Assembly: GCA_034439575.1 (NCBI GenBank)
Contig: JAWXAQ010000030.1
Location: 1-64,000, forward strand
DNA: 64,000 nucleotides
Direction: 5' to 3'
Source of the DNA: Leptospira sp.
GTDB taxonomy: Bacteria; Spirochaetota; Leptospiria; Leptospirales; Leptospiraceae
Shown: in pieces, positions 20,864-31,739 of the stretch
How positions within the stretch are numbered: the stretch's first letter is position 1
Layout: every line of letters begins with the position of its first letter
Notes under the pieces: model-generated
What the model was told of the DNA's origin: nothing
The model's database searches: none
The model's input: the letters and a program-made list of their open reading frames with translations, nothing else
Translations under genes and position numbers: made by a program

Positions 20864-23239
20864 TTATTTAGATTTCTTTTTTGATGAGGCAGAAACTTCT
20901 AATGCTTTAGTATCCTCTGGCTTTGGATATTTAGGCCTCTGGTGAAGACTCGAAATTAAAACTTCTTTAAAAGAAGCCTTAATGATTTCTAAATCACCTA
21001 TCGTTAATCCACTTTCATCCAATTGGTTTTCAGCTAACTTTGAATTAACTATTTTTCGAATTAAATCATCCAAACTTTCAGAAGACACTTCATCTAAAGA
21101 CCTAGATGCCGCTTCAAGTGAGTCAGCTAACATAACTATGGCCGTTTCCTTTGATTGAGGAATCGGACCTGGGTACTGAAAATCAGCTTTTCTAATATTT
21201 TTACGTGCAGAGGCTGGTAGGTCTTGCAAAGCTTTATGATAAAAGAAAGCCATTGTCGATGTTCCATGGTGTTCTGGAATAAAATTGATAATTTCGCGAG
21301 GAAGTCTGGCTTTTTTGGCCATTTCGATACCATCTAATACGTGATCGATGACAGTTTTTGCCGCAAGAGCTGGATTATTTTTATCGATATGTTCTGGCTT
21401 TGGAATTAAATGTTGGTTTTCAATAAAAAATCCTGCATTGGGAATTTTGCCAATATCGTGAAAGTAAACACCCACTCTCACAAGTAACCAATTTAGATTT
21501 AGATTTTGAGCTGCACGTTCAGACATAGCTGCTACCATAAATGTATGTGTATACGTCGATGGTGCTTTGGTAAGTAACTGCTGCAATAAAGGATGACCTG
21601 TGTCGGCTAATTCAATTAATTTAAAACGTGTAGGAATATTAAAAATATATTCATATATAGGCAAGAGAAATTGTACTGCCGTCGCACTTGCAAAACCATT
21701 AATTAAACATAAAATAATTAATCGAAAAACATTCGAATTCGTTAAATTATAAATAAATCCTTCTGTAGGATTTGTAACCCAAAAGTCCCGACCATCAAAT
21801 AAATATCCAGCCGTAGAGATAAGAATTTGTACAAAGCTCAAAAGAAAACCTGCTTTTAAAAAATCGATTCTCTTTTTTAAATTTCGTCCATAAACAGCAC
21901 TCACAACGGCAACGGAAAAAGCTAACATAAAGGAGGTGGGATTATATCTCGAAGCAAAAAATACGGTAAAAGATAGAAAAAATCCAATGGCTATAGAGAG
22001 TTGTTCGTCATAAGCAAATCCGAGTAATAAACAGATCATACCGATTGGGACAAACAAACCAAAGTAATACATACCTGCCCACTCTACATCATTCGCATAA
22101 TATGTTTTTGAAACAATATAGATGGCAAAAATTACAATCCAAAGTGTGATAAATATAATTAAATTACTAGAAAGATCTGTTAAACGATTTGGCCTATATC
22201 TAATTAAATAAAAACCAATGATAGCAATCAAAACACATTGCGATATAAAAATTGAAGTAATGGATGCGATATTGGCTCTTGTCGCATAACGATTCATCAT
22301 ATCAATTTTTAATTTCACTGCTGGTGTGATCACTTCACCAGCCCTTACGATCATTTCATTGGCTTGGATACGACTACGTTGAATAGGTACTGAATCTGCC
22401 GCTTTTTTTCTAGTGAGTTCAGTTTCTTCAGAATTAAAAACACAAGCAGGATAGGAATAAATATAATACAGACCAATTCTAGAAACGGATTTTAATAATA
22501 ATGGTGATACATTTGATAATTTGTCTTCGGCTAATCTTTGTAATGTTGAAAGAATCGGGCCTTCTTTATAAATCTGAGACCGAGGAATCACAAGCCCGCC
22601 GTCAATGGCAACTACTCCTTCTTGAGTGCCGATATTGCGAATCTTAGCTCCAGATTTATCTAAATCTTTTTGAAAGTTTAACTCTTCTTTTACGATACAA
22701 TATCTTGAAAAAATTAAATTTGTATATTGTTGTATAAAAGATCTAAGTTTATCTTTTCTTGGGTAATCAAGAATCGCTTGGATCTCTTCGTTTGTGCGAT
22801 TTCTCCATCTTGAGATTCTTTCTTTTACTAGAGCTGGCGTGGCTTTTTGTCCATCACCAGATAGAGTTTTGAGTGTTTCAATATCTTCGGATAAATTGAT
22901 ATCAATCCCGGCACTTAAAACATTAAAATCTTTATCAAAGGAGAATTGTACATTGCTTCTTGCCTTTAATCTTTCTGCTTGTGTTTTTTCTTCATCTTCA
23001 TAATAAAATTCTTTGAATGATTGGATCGTTTCAGGTGCAATTTTACCTTCTGAAAAAGCACCATCTACCGATGTATTGATTTTCTTTTGGCCAAAAAAGG
23101 GAACAGACAAATTATATGTGACAAAAAGTAATGTTAACGAAACAAGAACGATTTGTATGTTACGAACTGTCCGCACAGGCCTAACTCGTGTTAGAAAATC
23201 CGTGAGGGAAGCCATAGTTTTTTCAATAAAATTTTTCAT
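20864..23239 (-). CDS. 7TM-HD family phosphohydrolase (PgpH-like)
   Basis: Extracytoplasmic domain, multiple TM helices, HPLL...[25 protein letters not shown]; lies between phoH and ybeY. Confidence 0.92.
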   Translation of the reverse strand: MKNFIEKTMASLTDFLTRVRPVRTVRNIQIVLVSLTLLFVTYNLSVPFFGQKKINTSVDGAFSEGKIAPETIQSFKEFYYEDEEKTQAERLKARSNVQFSFDKDFNVLSAGIDINLSEDIETLKTLSGDGQKATPALVKERISRWRNRTNEEIQAILDYPRKDKLRSFIQQYTNLIFSRYCIVKEELNFQKDLDKSGAKIRNIGTQEGVVAIDGGLVIPRSQIYKEGPILSTLQRLAEDKLSNVSPLLLKSVSRIGLYYIYSYPACVFNSEETELTRKKAADSVPIQRSRIQANEMIVRAGEVITPAVKLKIDMMNRYATRANIASITSIFISQCVLIAIIGFYLIRYRPNRLTDLSSNLIIFITLWIVIFAIYIVSKTYYANDVEWAGMYYFGLFVPIGMICLLLGFAYDEQLSIAIGFFLSFTVFFASRYNPTSFMLAFSVAVVSAVYGRNLKKRIDFLKAGFLLSFVQILISTAGYLFDGRDFWVTNPTEGFIYNLTNSNVFRLIILCLINGFASATAVQFLLPIYEYIFNIPTRFKLIELADTGHPLLQQLLTKAPSTYTHTFMVAAMSERAAQNLNLNWLLVRVGVYFHDIGKIPNAGFFIENQHLIPKPEHIDKNNPALAAKTVIDHVLDGIEMAKKARLPREIINFIPEHHGTSTMAFFYHKALQDLPASARKNIRKADFQYPGPIPQSKETAIVMLADSLEAASRSLDEVSSESLDDLIRKIVNSKLAENQLDESGLTIGDLEIIKASFKEVLISSLHQRPKYPKPEDTKALEVSASSKKKSK

Positions 23240-24246
23240 CGTTTATCAAACAAACCTTCGTTCTCTTCAAACCTTCTAACGATCGCTTCCACAATATGAT
23301 GTCTTGTAATATCTTCTCTTCCAAAAAATATAGTTTCGATACCGTTTAAGCCACGGAGAGTATGAACTGTTTTTTCCAGACCAGATCGCCCTTGCGCTAA
23401 ATCAATTTGTGTGGCATCGCCAGAAATCGCCATTTTGGAATTTTTGCCAAATCTTGTAAGAAACATCTTTAACTGAGGTAAGGTGCAATTTTGCGCTTCA
23501 TCCAAAATAATAAAAGAATTTGAAAGTGTCCTACCTCGCATAAAAGCGATTGGGGCAATTTCAATTTTATTCACAGAAATGTATTCAGTTGTTTTTTCAA
23601 AACCAATGCACTCATGCAAAGCATCATAAATAGGACGCAGATATGGATTTATTTTTTGTGTTAAATCACCAGGCAAAAATCCCAAATTTTCACCTGCTTC
23701 GACGGCAGGACGAGTGAGGACGAGTCTATCCACTTCTCCTGTTTGCATCATGCGACAAGCAGTTGCTATAGATAAAAATGTTTTTCCAGTCCCTGCAGGT
23801 CCCATAGCCACAGTGATATAATTTTTCTTTAATGATTCGACATAATGCTCTTGGTTTTTTGTGCGCGGGAATATAGGTTTGCCTTTGAACGTGACAAAGA
23901 CTTTATCCTTTGGCGACCAATCTCCATCATTGCCATTGGCCTCAAATTCTTTACTACCAGGTGTCGGCCAACCTTTGTTAGCCTCTTTCGCTTGGTTCAT
24001 CATGTAATCTATATCAAAAACAGAAAAATCTGATTTGTCAGGTCGTTTTCGAAAATTTTCTTCAATTCTTTGGAAGGTTTCTGTGGCCACTCGCACATAA
24101 TCTGCATCCCCTTGGATGATAAGGGCCTTGCCCCGGGGAATCAGTTTTACCTTTAGGCGTGATTCCCAAAGAGGAATCTGGGAATCTCCAATCCCGCAAA
24201 TCACATTATAAAGTGATTCCAGGGTAAAGGTAAAACTTGTGTCCAT
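23236..24246 (-). CDS. phoH: PhoH-family ATPase (YbeZ-like)
   Basis: [34 protein letters not shown]. Confidence 0.95.
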   Translation of the reverse strand: MDTSFTFTLESLYNVICGIGDSQIPLWESRLKVKLIPRGKALIIQGDADYVRVATETFQRIEENFRKRPDKSDFSVFDIDYMMNQAKEANKGWPTPGSKEFEANGNDGDWSPKDKVFVTFKGKPIFPRTKNQEHYVESLKKNYITVAMGPAGTGKTFLSIATACRMMQTGEVDRLVLTRPAVEAGENLGFLPGDLTQKINPYLRPIYDALHECIGFEKTTEYISVNKIEIAPIAFMRGRTLSNSFIILDEAQNCTLPQLKMFLTRFGKNSKMAISGDATQIDLAQGRSGLEKTVHTLRGLNGIETIFFGREDITRHHIVEAIVRRFEENEGLFDKR

Positions 24247-24255
24247 GTGGGGATA

Positions 24256-26061
24256 TTAGATAGTAACTACTCTTAATTTCAACTCTTCTAATTGTTTTCC
24301 TTCCACAATTCCTGGTGCCTCGCTCATTAGACATTGGCCTTTTTGCGTTTTTGGGAAGGCGATTACATCGCGGATGGAAGTCCCGTTTGTCAAAATCATC
24401 ATAATGCGATCAATTCCAAAGGCAATACCGCCATGTGGTGGAGCACCAAAAGTCAAAGCCTCGAGTAAAAAGCCAAACTTGTCTTTGGCGGAAGCTTCAT
24501 CAATCCCAATTGCCGCAAGTACGAGGGATTGAATCTCAGCATTGTGAATTCTGATACTACCTCCACCGATCTCTGTTCCGTTTAAAACTAAATCATAGGC
24601 TTTTGCGTTAATGGATGCTAGGTCAACTTCTTTACCAGCTTTCCAATCCCTTAGTTTATCCCAGTCTTCTTCCTTCGGAGAAGTAAACGGATGGTGCAAA
24701 AAAGTCCAAGTCTTAGAAGTTTCATCATACTCAAACATAGGAAAATCAACCACCCAATGAAAATTGTATTCTACTTTTGGGGGATCATATTTATCAGAAA
24801 GTTTTAGCCTCAGTGCACCGAGAGATGCATTCACAATTTTTGATGAGTCAGCACCAAAGAAAAGCATATCACCTTCTTTAGAACCAACACGTTTTGATAT
24901 AGCATCTAATACTTCGCTTGAGAAGCGTTTTGTGATAGTTGACTCAAGACCACTCGCACCATGTTTCATATAGGCAAGGCCTTTCGCACGATAATCTCTG
25001 TTAAGCCAAGATGTTAAGTCTTCGATTTCTTTTCTGGAAATATTTGAGCCACCTGGCACACAAATCACTTTTACGACTCCGCCAGTAGAAACAGCACCAC
25101 TAAACACTTGAAAGTCGCAATCCTTCACAAGATCAGACACGTTCACAAGTTTCATACCAAAACGAATATCCGGTTTGTCGCTACCATACTCTTCCATGGC
25201 TACGTGATACGGCATAGATTCAAATGGAGTATTGATTTTTATACCGAATACTTTTTCCAAAGTGAACTTCCACATAAGTTCGATTTCACGACGGATGTCT
25301 TCCTCTGAAACAAAAGCAAACTCCATATCGAGTTGAGTGAATTCGGGCTGGCGGTCTGCTCGTAAGTCTTCATCTCGAAAACATTTTACGATCTGAAAGT
25401 ATCTTTCCATACCACCAATCATCAAAATTTGTTTGAATAATTGAGGAGATTGCGGGAGTGCATAAAACTGCCCTTGGTTCAATCTTGATGGCACCAGAAA
25501 GTCGCGCGCCCCTTCTGGTGTAGATTTATTTAGAATGGGAGTTTCAATTTCTAAAAATGATTTTTCATTTAAATATTCTCTTAAGGCAAAAATCAATTTA
25601 TGACGATTGATCAATCTATTTTTTAATTCTTCTCTTCTCATATCGAGGTAACGATATTTCAAACGAACTTCTTCGCCTGAAGGGTCAAACTCATCCAAAG
25701 AGAATGGTGGCGTTTTGGATGCATTTAAAATTTCCAATTTCTCAACGATTAGCTCATATTTGCCAGTCACCATCTTGGGATTTACGGAAGCCGCATCGCG
25801 CAATGCCAATTTGCCACTAACTCCGATTACATATTCGGATCTAACTTTTTCTGCTTTAGAAAATTCATCGCCCAGCAATTCCTTTCTGCATACTACTTGG
25901 ATCACACCAGAACGATCTCGCAAATCCACAAATATGACACCGCCTTGGTCGCGGAAACGAAATGCGAAACCCGCAAAGAACAATTGTTTGCCGACATGCG
26001 AATCGTTAATGGATTCGGCTTGGATTCTGTTTTTATATTCTTCTTCTATCCAGTTTTTCAA
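24256..26061 (-). CDS. aspS: Aspartate--tRNA ligase
   Basis: [51 protein letters not shown]. Confidence 0.98.
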   Translation of the reverse strand: MKNWIEEEYKNRIQAESINDSHVGKQLFFAGFAFRFRDQGGVIFVDLRDRSGVIQVVCRKELLGDEFSKAEKVRSEYVIGVSGKLALRDAASVNPKMVTGKYELIVEKLEILNASKTPPFSLDEFDPSGEEVRLKYRYLDMRREELKNRLINRHKLIFALREYLNEKSFLEIETPILNKSTPEGARDFLVPSRLNQGQFYALPQSPQLFKQILMIGGMERYFQIVKCFRDEDLRADRQPEFTQLDMEFAFVSEEDIRREIELMWKFTLEKVFGIKINTPFESMPYHVAMEEYGSDKPDIRFGMKLVNVSDLVKDCDFQVFSGAVSTGGVVKVICVPGGSNISRKEIEDLTSWLNRDYRAKGLAYMKHGASGLESTITKRFSSEVLDAISKRVGSKEGDMLFFGADSSKIVNASLGALRLKLSDKYDPPKVEYNFHWVVDFPMFEYDETSKTWTFLHHPFTSPKEEDWDKLRDWKAGKEVDLASINAKAYDLVLNGTEIGGGSIRIHNAEIQSLVLAAIGIDEASAKDKFGFLLEALTFGAPPHGGIAFGIDRIMMILTNGTSIRDVIAFPKTQKGQCLMSEAPGIVEGKQLEELKLRVVTI

Positions 26062-26072
26062 TGTATTTTCCT

Positions 26073-27413
26073 TTATATTGGCACGTTATCGAACCTAGAA
26101 ATTTTCGGGTTGAACATCAACGGAAAATCGTCAGTCGCACCTGCTCTGTTCTTTGCAATTATGATTTCAGCCATGCCTTTTTTATCAGGGGCTAACTCTT
26201 CTGGTGGTTTCACCATTTCTTCTCTATATATAAAACATACTATATCCGCATCCTGCTCAATAGCACCTGATTCCCGTAAGTCGGAAAGCTGAGGTCTTTG
26301 GTCCTTAGATCTTGTTTCAATCGAACGATTCATCTGAGAAAGTGCAATCACAGGACATCCAATTTCCCTAGCCATCTGTTTGAGTCCCCGAGAAATACTC
26401 GAAACCTCTTGTTGCCTTCCACCCTGTGCCGACCGAGGATCACTCATTAGTTGGAGGTAATCAACAATCACGAGACCTATGTCTTCTGTTGTTCGAAGTT
26501 GGCGAAGCCTTGCGGAAAATTCTTGAATCGTAAGGTATCCTGAATCATCGATAAAGATATTAGCAGTCGTTACAGTGCCGACAGCATCTTTGAGTTGACT
26601 CATCTGTGTCGGTGTTAAAGATCCTGATTTCATCGCATAAGAGTCGATACGTGCTTCCGCACTTAATAATTTCAAAAGTAATTCTAGTCGACTCATCTCT
26701 AAAGAAAAAATGGCGACCGTTTTTCTTTCTTTGATCGCCACATTGGATGCGATGTTCAAGGCAAAAGTAGTTTTACCATTTCCAGGACGAGCCGCAAGAA
26801 TCATTAACTCATGTGGTTTTAATCCAGTGGTTGCCAAATCAAGACCAGTGTAATGGGTTTTTAATCCACTGATACCGCCACCACTTGCACTATTTTTAAC
26901 TACGTTTTGTAGGTATTCAATTAAAGCATTGGCATCTTCTTTAACTTTTCGTAAACCTTTGGATCTCTCTTGGCGAGAGATATCCATTAACAACTGCTCT
27001 ATTTCGCTAAATACAGTATCGTTATCACCAGGTTCAGTTTTAACTTTTTCTATAGAAGCAGAAAGTCTTTCTAAGTATTTACGGCGATCCGAACTACGTT
27101 TGATACGCCGGATATAATAATCTAAACCTTGTGAGGGGACAGTATCTCTTAATATGCCTGTTAAATAGACTAAATCTTTTGATTCGTCTTTAAATAAACT
27201 GTTTTCACGCATGTGACTGGAAACAGACACAGGATCCAAAGCGACACCTGCATCAATCAGGGCCACGATAGCGTTAAACATTCTTTGGTGGATTTCTAGG
27301 TAAAAATCTTCGGGCGATAGGCCCATGTCTTCCTGCCCAGCAGCACCGCGCGTGAGCAGAAAGCCAATTAGGTTCTTCTCCGATTCTATCTCGTGAAGAG
27401 GGTTAGAACTCAT
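26073..27413 (-). CDS. dnaB: Replicative DNA helicase
   Basis: [44 protein letters not shown]. Confidence 0.97.
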   Translation of the reverse strand: MSSNPLHEIESEKNLIGFLLTRGAAGQEDMGLSPEDFYLEIHQRMFNAIVALIDAGVALDPVSVSSHMRENSLFKDESKDLVYLTGILRDTVPSQGLDYYIRRIKRSSDRRKYLERLSASIEKVKTEPGDNDTVFSEIEQLLMDISRQERSKGLRKVKEDANALIEYLQNVVKNSASGGGISGLKTHYTGLDLATTGLKPHELMILAARPGNGKTTFALNIASNVAIKERKTVAIFSLEMSRLELLLKLLSAEARIDSYAMKSGSLTPTQMSQLKDAVGTVTTANIFIDDSGYLTIQEFSARLRQLRTTEDIGLVIVDYLQLMSDPRSAQGGRQQEVSSISRGLKQMAREIGCPVIALSQMNRSIETRSKDQRPQLSDLRESGAIEQDADIVCFIYREEMVKPPEELAPDKKGMAEIIIAKNRAGATDDFPLMFNPKISRFDNVPI

Positions 27414-27432
27414 AGAAGTTTAGTCGGGAAAC

Positions 27433-27879
27433 TTAAGCTTCTCCGACTACTTTCACTTGGATTTGAGGAATCACACCTTCTGCCAAACGTACTTTAATTT
27501 TGTAATCACCAAGATTTTTGATCGAATCCGGCATTTCTAACTTACGTTTATCAATTTCAATACCAGTTTTTTTCATCGCATTGGCAATGTCAGTCGCTGT
27601 TACGGAACCAAAAAGTTTTTGGTTTTCACCAACTTTGACTTTTATTTCGTAACTTTGTCCTTCAATCGATGCAGCAATATCTTTCATCACTTTCACTCGT
27701 TTGTCTCTTTTCAGATTTGCGAGTTTTTTCTGATGAAGTGCCATCTTCGTATTTCCGTCATTGGCACGTACCGCTAATCTTCTAGGGATAAGAAAGTTTC
27801 TCGCATAACCGTCTGCAACTTCTTTAACATCACCAGCATCACCGAGGTTTAATACATCTTTTTGTAGTACTACTTTCAT
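27433..27879 (-). CDS. rplI: 50S ribosomal protein L9
   Basis: ATG 27879 after AGGAG; MKVVL..DV.NLG..G, VADGYARNFLIPR, LFGSVT. Confidence 0.97.
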   Translation of the reverse strand: MKVVLQKDVLNLGDAGDVKEVADGYARNFLIPRRLAVRANDGNTKMALHQKKLANLKRDKRVKVMKDIAASIEGQSYEIKVKVGENQKLFGSVTATDIANAMKKTGIEIDKRKLEMPDSIKNLGDYKIKVRLAEGVIPQIQVKVVGEA

Positions 27880-27889
27880 TTTGTATCTC

Positions 27890-28228
27890 CTACAGAACCT
27901 TGTGTGGAAGTAATATGATCGCTCTAGACTTACGGATTTCACGAGCAAGAACTCTTTGGTGTTTTGCGCATGTTCCTGTAATACGACGTGGTATGATTTT
28001 CCCACGGTTCGTTACAAATCTTTCTAAAATATCAACTCGTTTGTAATCAAGACCTGCTAACAAAGCTTTGTCTGCACAGAATTTACAAACTTTCTTTTTA
28101 TATTTTGCATTTTTACGACCGAATTTGCCTTCGCCATCTTTACCGCGAAAGCCACCTTTTTCGTCATCGTCCATTGATTCCATGCTATCGCGGGAATCCA
28201 TTCTTTTGTCTTCGTTTTGTTCACTCAT
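27890..28228 (-). CDS. rpsR: 30S ribosomal protein S18 (Zn-binding type, N-terminal extension)
   Basis: [28 protein letters not shown]; alternative start at 28234. Confidence 0.96.
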   Translation of the reverse strand: MSEQNEDKRMDSRDSMESMDDDEKGGFRGKDGEGKFGRKNAKYKKKVCKFCADKALLAGLDYKRVDILERFVTNRGKIIPRRITGTCAKHQRVLAREIRKSRAIILLPHKVL

Positions 28229-28240
28229 TGTCATTACCTA

Positions 28241-28678
28241 TTAAAATGGAATGTCTTCATCTCCGGCAGAATAATCATCATAACCACCACTTGGCCCGGA
28301 ATCATAAGTGGATGGAGCGGATTCACTTCGTTCAGTTGGAGAACCGCCACCTTGACCGCCTAACAGTTGAGCTGACTCAACATAAATGCGTATCTTAGAT
28401 GCTTTTTTTCCTTCTGGTGTTTCCCAAGATTGTTGTTGAAGTCTACCTTCAATCGCAACTTGTTTACCTTTACCTGCATATTGCTTAAGTATGTCCGCTA
28501 ACTTACCCCATGCGACACAATCGAAGTAATTCGTTTCTTCTTTTTTGTCTCCATTGGAAACATAAATACGATTACTTGCGATAGAGAAGTTCACAACAGA
28601 ACTTCCGTTCACCGATTTAAACTCGGGATCTCGTGTCAGGCGTCCGATTAAAAGGACTTTGTTAAGGTCATTAGCCAT
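28241..28678 (-). CDS. ssb: Single-stranded DNA-binding protein
   Basis: NKVLLIGRLTRDPE; C-terminal DEDIPF. Confidence 0.97.
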   Translation of the reverse strand: MANDLNKVLLIGRLTRDPEFKSVNGSSVVNFSIASNRIYVSNGDKKEETNYFDCVAWGKLADILKQYAGKGKQVAIEGRLQQQSWETPEGKKASKIRIYVESAQLLGGQGGGSPTERSESAPSTYDSGPSGGYDDYSAGDEDIPF

Positions 28679-28946
28679 TGGATCGGATAACGAGGGATTT
28701 TAAAATATTTGGGTTAAGTTTGAATTCGTGTTCAATCTTTACGATTTCGGAAGGAGCACCTTGACATTTAATCAATGTAAAATGACCTTGTTCGTCTTGA
28801 CCGATCGGGTGCCAGAGGCGTTTTGAACCCCAGTCTTCTTCATTCTGAATCGTGATGGCGTGTTTAGCAAGAATGTCTTTTACGGCAGTCTTCGCTTCTT
28901 CCACAGCGCCTTCACGAAGAATATTCGTGATTTCGTAGTTTCTCAT
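28671..28946 (-). CDS. rpsF: 30S ribosomal protein S6
   Basis: ATG 28946 after AGGAGA; MRNYE, EDWGSKRL; head of rpsF-ssb-rpsR-rplI. Confidence 0.94.
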   Translation of the reverse strand: MRNYEITNILREGAVEEAKTAVKDILAKHAITIQNEEDWGSKRLWHPIGQDEQGHFTLIKCQGAPSEIVKIEHEFKLNPNILKSLVIRSNG

Positions 28947-28950
28947 TGTT

Positions 28951-28998
28951 TCTCCTATGGGTATACTCCCGTTACTACTTGGTACGAGAGTAGAAGAA
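28951..28998 (-). promoter_or_regulatory. Putative S6:S18-binding leader RNA
   Basis: Minus strand reads TTCTTCTACTCTCGT-ACCAAGTAGTA-ACGGGAGTA-TACCCA-TAGGAGA: a hairpin, an unpaired CCC, and a pyrimidine tract able to pair with the RBS. Confidence 0.6.
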
Positions 28999-29104
28999 TT
29001 AAAAATTAGTGATAGGGATAGGGTTTTTCGCAAGGGGCCGAGGGTCAATGGAATTTCTTCTTGGTTCCTGGGAAATCTAAGATTTCCTGGTATTTTCCAG
29101 ACAG

Positions 29105-29827
29105 ATGAAAGAAAAAATCAATTTTCCTGAAATTTGGGGTCTTAGCCTGGGTATTTTCCTTATACTCTACTCAGGATTCCTAAACTATTTTTCACCTTCT
29201 GAACCCTACTCGGAAAACCACTCCGGTTTCCATTCACCCATCATCGCCCTAGAGACAGCAGAAACACCAAAACACGTCCAAGACATTATAGGCACAATTG
29301 ATACAGAAGAGTTCCCATCCCTGACGAATAAGTATCGAATCTTAAATTATTTTGATTTCGGGTTTATCTTTTGTTATATGGCATTTCTTGCATATACTGG
29401 ACATTATGCGGGAAGACGTGTCCGTTCCATATTTTTAAAAATATTTTTGGGGATGATAGCGATTTTAACCATTGGTGGGTTTTGCGATTTGATAGAAAAC
29501 ATTTTGATTCTCAATTTACTTGATTCAAAAAATGCGGAAGAAATGTTACCTTCCCTCGAATATTTAAAATCCACGAGTCAATTAAAATGGTTTTGTTTGT
29601 ATTTGTATGTGGCAATTGTGGGCATTTACTTTTGGTTATACGAGAAAGGATTGTTACTCAGAATATCTTCGGTATTTCTTGTGACCTCATTTTTTCTTGG
29701 ACTTTTTTCCACATTGAGGATCAATCTGTTGGAAATAGGATTTGGATTTTTAGCCTTTGGGCTTTTACTAGCCTGGCTTCAATATGGATTTAGTTTAGCT
29801 TTTAGTTCCTTATCCAAAAAAACATAA
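29105..29827 (+). CDS. Multi-pass membrane hypothetical protein
   Basis: About six TM helices; DFGFIFCY and CDLIEN motifs. Confidence 0.75.
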   Translation: MKEKINFPEIWGLSLGIFLILYSGFLNYFSPSEPYSENHSGFHSPIIALETAETPKHVQDIIGTIDTEEFPSLTNKYRILNYFDFGFIFCYMAFLAYTGHYAGRRVRSIFLKIFLGMIAILTIGGFCDLIENILILNLLDSKNAEEMLPSLEYLKSTSQLKWFCLYLYVAIVGIYFWLYEKGLLLRISSVFLVTSFFLGLFSTLRINLLEIGFGFLAFGLLLAWLQYGFSLAFSSLSKKT

Positions 29828-30945
29828 CCTCGACCACCGGAAATGATCAGTTCCGTACCTAAATTTTTACATAACACTGCATATTCTTTGAGATATTCAT
29901 CCGCCTCATTTCCGCTAAGTGGTGAAAAATATTGATCCCCCGGCATGTTTTGGTGTTTGCCAAAGACGGGAATGATTTCTGCGCAAACCAATTGGCCATT
30001 TGTAAAATGTAAAACCACAGAAATATTGTGTTTAAGATAAGAATTTTTTGAACCAAATAAAAAATTTCCAAGAGAATAGATCACTATACCTTTTGGAAAT
30101 ACTTCTATGCCTTGCGGGACATGAGGATGATGCCCAAGGATGACTTGGTATCCAGCACCTACCAAGTATTTGGCTGTTTTTCTCTGGACCTCTGTGGGCT
30201 CTGGACTGTATTCCACTCCCCAATGGACAGACAAAAGATTCACTTGATTTGATTTCTTTTTTTTGATCAATCTCTCGGCAGTTCCCACTTTAAAATAGGC
30301 AGCCCCAGGCCCTTTAGGTGTCGCAAATAAACGAGTTTCTCCCGTATCTGAAAATGAATAGGTTCTGTATTCATATCCATCTTTTGAAAAACTAAGGGGT
30401 ATATGAGCTTCCTCTTCTGTGTTTCCAGCACCCGCATAACTTATCTTTGATTCACTTAACGAAAGCAAGGTGTCTTTTAATCCAGATTCACCTAAATCCA
30501 TAGTATGGTTATTTCCTAAAAATACTCCATCGATTTGTAATGCCGTCAAAACTCGCAAATCTGATTTCACTCCATAAAAAACATACGACTTGAGTTTATC
30601 AAGGTTTGGAGATTTATGTAGGATAGGTGTTTCCAAATTTAACATGCGATAATCCATATTGTACAATAAAGAAGTAAAACTACGAAATGGCAGGAGTGGG
30701 TCCTCGCCTTTCATCGCATCTCTCACTCCCCAATTGAACATCACATCACCGCCAACCCATATTTTGGTGGTATTTGGGATAACAAACCCTGAACCAGTGT
30801 TAGTATTGTAACGATAAAAATCTTGGTACGGGGGATCTAAAATCGGTTCATATTCTTCTATCGGATCGGGTACATCCGATTGAAGAAACGTAAACGGGAT
30901 TAAAAATAATAAAATATGTATGAAGTAACGATGGAACAACTTCAT
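29779..30945 (-). CDS. CapA/PgsA family metallophosphatase-like protein
   Basis: GGDVMF, NLETP, GNNHTMDLG, HWGVEY, GHHPHV, YSLGNFLF; signal peptide. Confidence 0.92.
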   Translation of the reverse strand: MKLFHRYFIHILLFLIPFTFLQSDVPDPIEEYEPILDPPYQDFYRYNTNTGSGFVIPNTTKIWVGGDVMFNWGVRDAMKGEDPLLPFRSFTSLLYNMDYRMLNLETPILHKSPNLDKLKSYVFYGVKSDLRVLTALQIDGVFLGNNHTMDLGESGLKDTLLSLSESKISYAGAGNTEEEAHIPLSFSKDGYEYRTYSFSDTGETRLFATPKGPGAAYFKVGTAERLIKKKKSNQVNLLSVHWGVEYSPEPTEVQRKTAKYLVGAGYQVILGHHPHVPQGIEVFPKGIVIYSLGNFLFGSKNSYLKHNISVVLHFTNGQLVCAEIIPVFGKHQNMPGDQYFSPLSGNEADEYLKEYAVLCKNLGTELIISGGRGYVFLDKELKAKLNPY

Positions 30946-30950
30946 TTAAA

Positions 30951-31739
30951 TTAAAATTTAAAAGTGCTTTCGGGAATCTCTGTTTTAACAATTTTTTTCA
31001 TGGTAATTAGGATAAGTGCATTTTCTTTTTCATCATCCATAGTCATCACTTTGGAAAGAATAGCTTTTGCAGGGTGTATGAGTTTAGTATCTTTTTCTTT
31101 TACGAGAGAAACGGCTTTCAATCCACGGCTGGGGCTTGTTAATTCTATGCGCGAAGGCAAACTATTTTCAAAAAAATATTCATACAGACCATCTTTTTTT
31201 TGGACCAAAATCCGCCCATCTTTCGAAATGAAACGCGCTTTAGGTGATAATATTTCGGTCTGAAAGGCACCGGATAAATATTGATAAATGACAGGAAAAG
31301 GAAGTTGGATGGTCTTTTTTGTATTTGGGTCTTGTAAATAAAGATCACCCATTGGTTGCACTGTTGGTTTTGGTTGACCGCTTGGTTTTATGGAGATTTC
31401 TGTGGGACTTGCAATGAGTTCAGAAAATATCATTCCGAAAAAAGTATCCATCAATTGGATTTTAACAAGGCCTGTCGGCTTTGAGAAATAGATCTTTCCG
31501 TCCAAATTAAAATTTTCTTTTTTAGGAACTAACACTTGTATATTCATGGAAAACTCACCCCGAAAAGAAGAGAAATTTTCCGTATTTAAGGCAATACTTG
31601 CAAGCAGTGCTTTTGCGGATGGGTCACTGGCAGTAGTATACTTTGAAGAATCTTTGCCGATGAAATTTACGTCTTCATCGGGAGTTGTACGGCAAGTAGA
31701 TAAGGAAAAACATACCAAAATTAGAATATAACGAATCAT
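30951..31739 (-). CDS. Hypothetical lipoprotein, possibly LolA/LolB-like fold
   Basis: Lipobox-like SLSTC; beta-strand-rich mature part. Confidence 0.65.
   Translation of the reverse strand: MIRYILILVCFSLSTCRTTPDEDVNFIGKDSSKYTTASDPSAKALLASIALNTENFSSFRGEFSMNIQVLVPKKENFNLDGKIYFSKPTGLVKIQLMDTFFGMIFSELIASPTEISIKPSGQPKPTVQPMGDLYLQDPNTKKTIQLPFPVIYQYLSGAFQTEILSPKARFISKDGRILVQKKDGLYEYFFENSLPSRIELTSPSRGLKAVSLVKEKDTKLIHPAKAILSKVMTMDDEKENALILITMKKIVKTEIPESTFKF

Noticed and set aside
27880-29048. Long N-terminal extensions on rplI and rpsF in the ORF track (likewise 7688, 9171, 61545)
   Set aside because: Downstream ATGs match the family N-termini, most with a clear RBS. The extensions are artefacts of longest-ORF calling.
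29779-30945. Poly-gamma-glutamate capsule locus
   Set aside because: Only a lone CapA-family gene; no capB or capC nearby.
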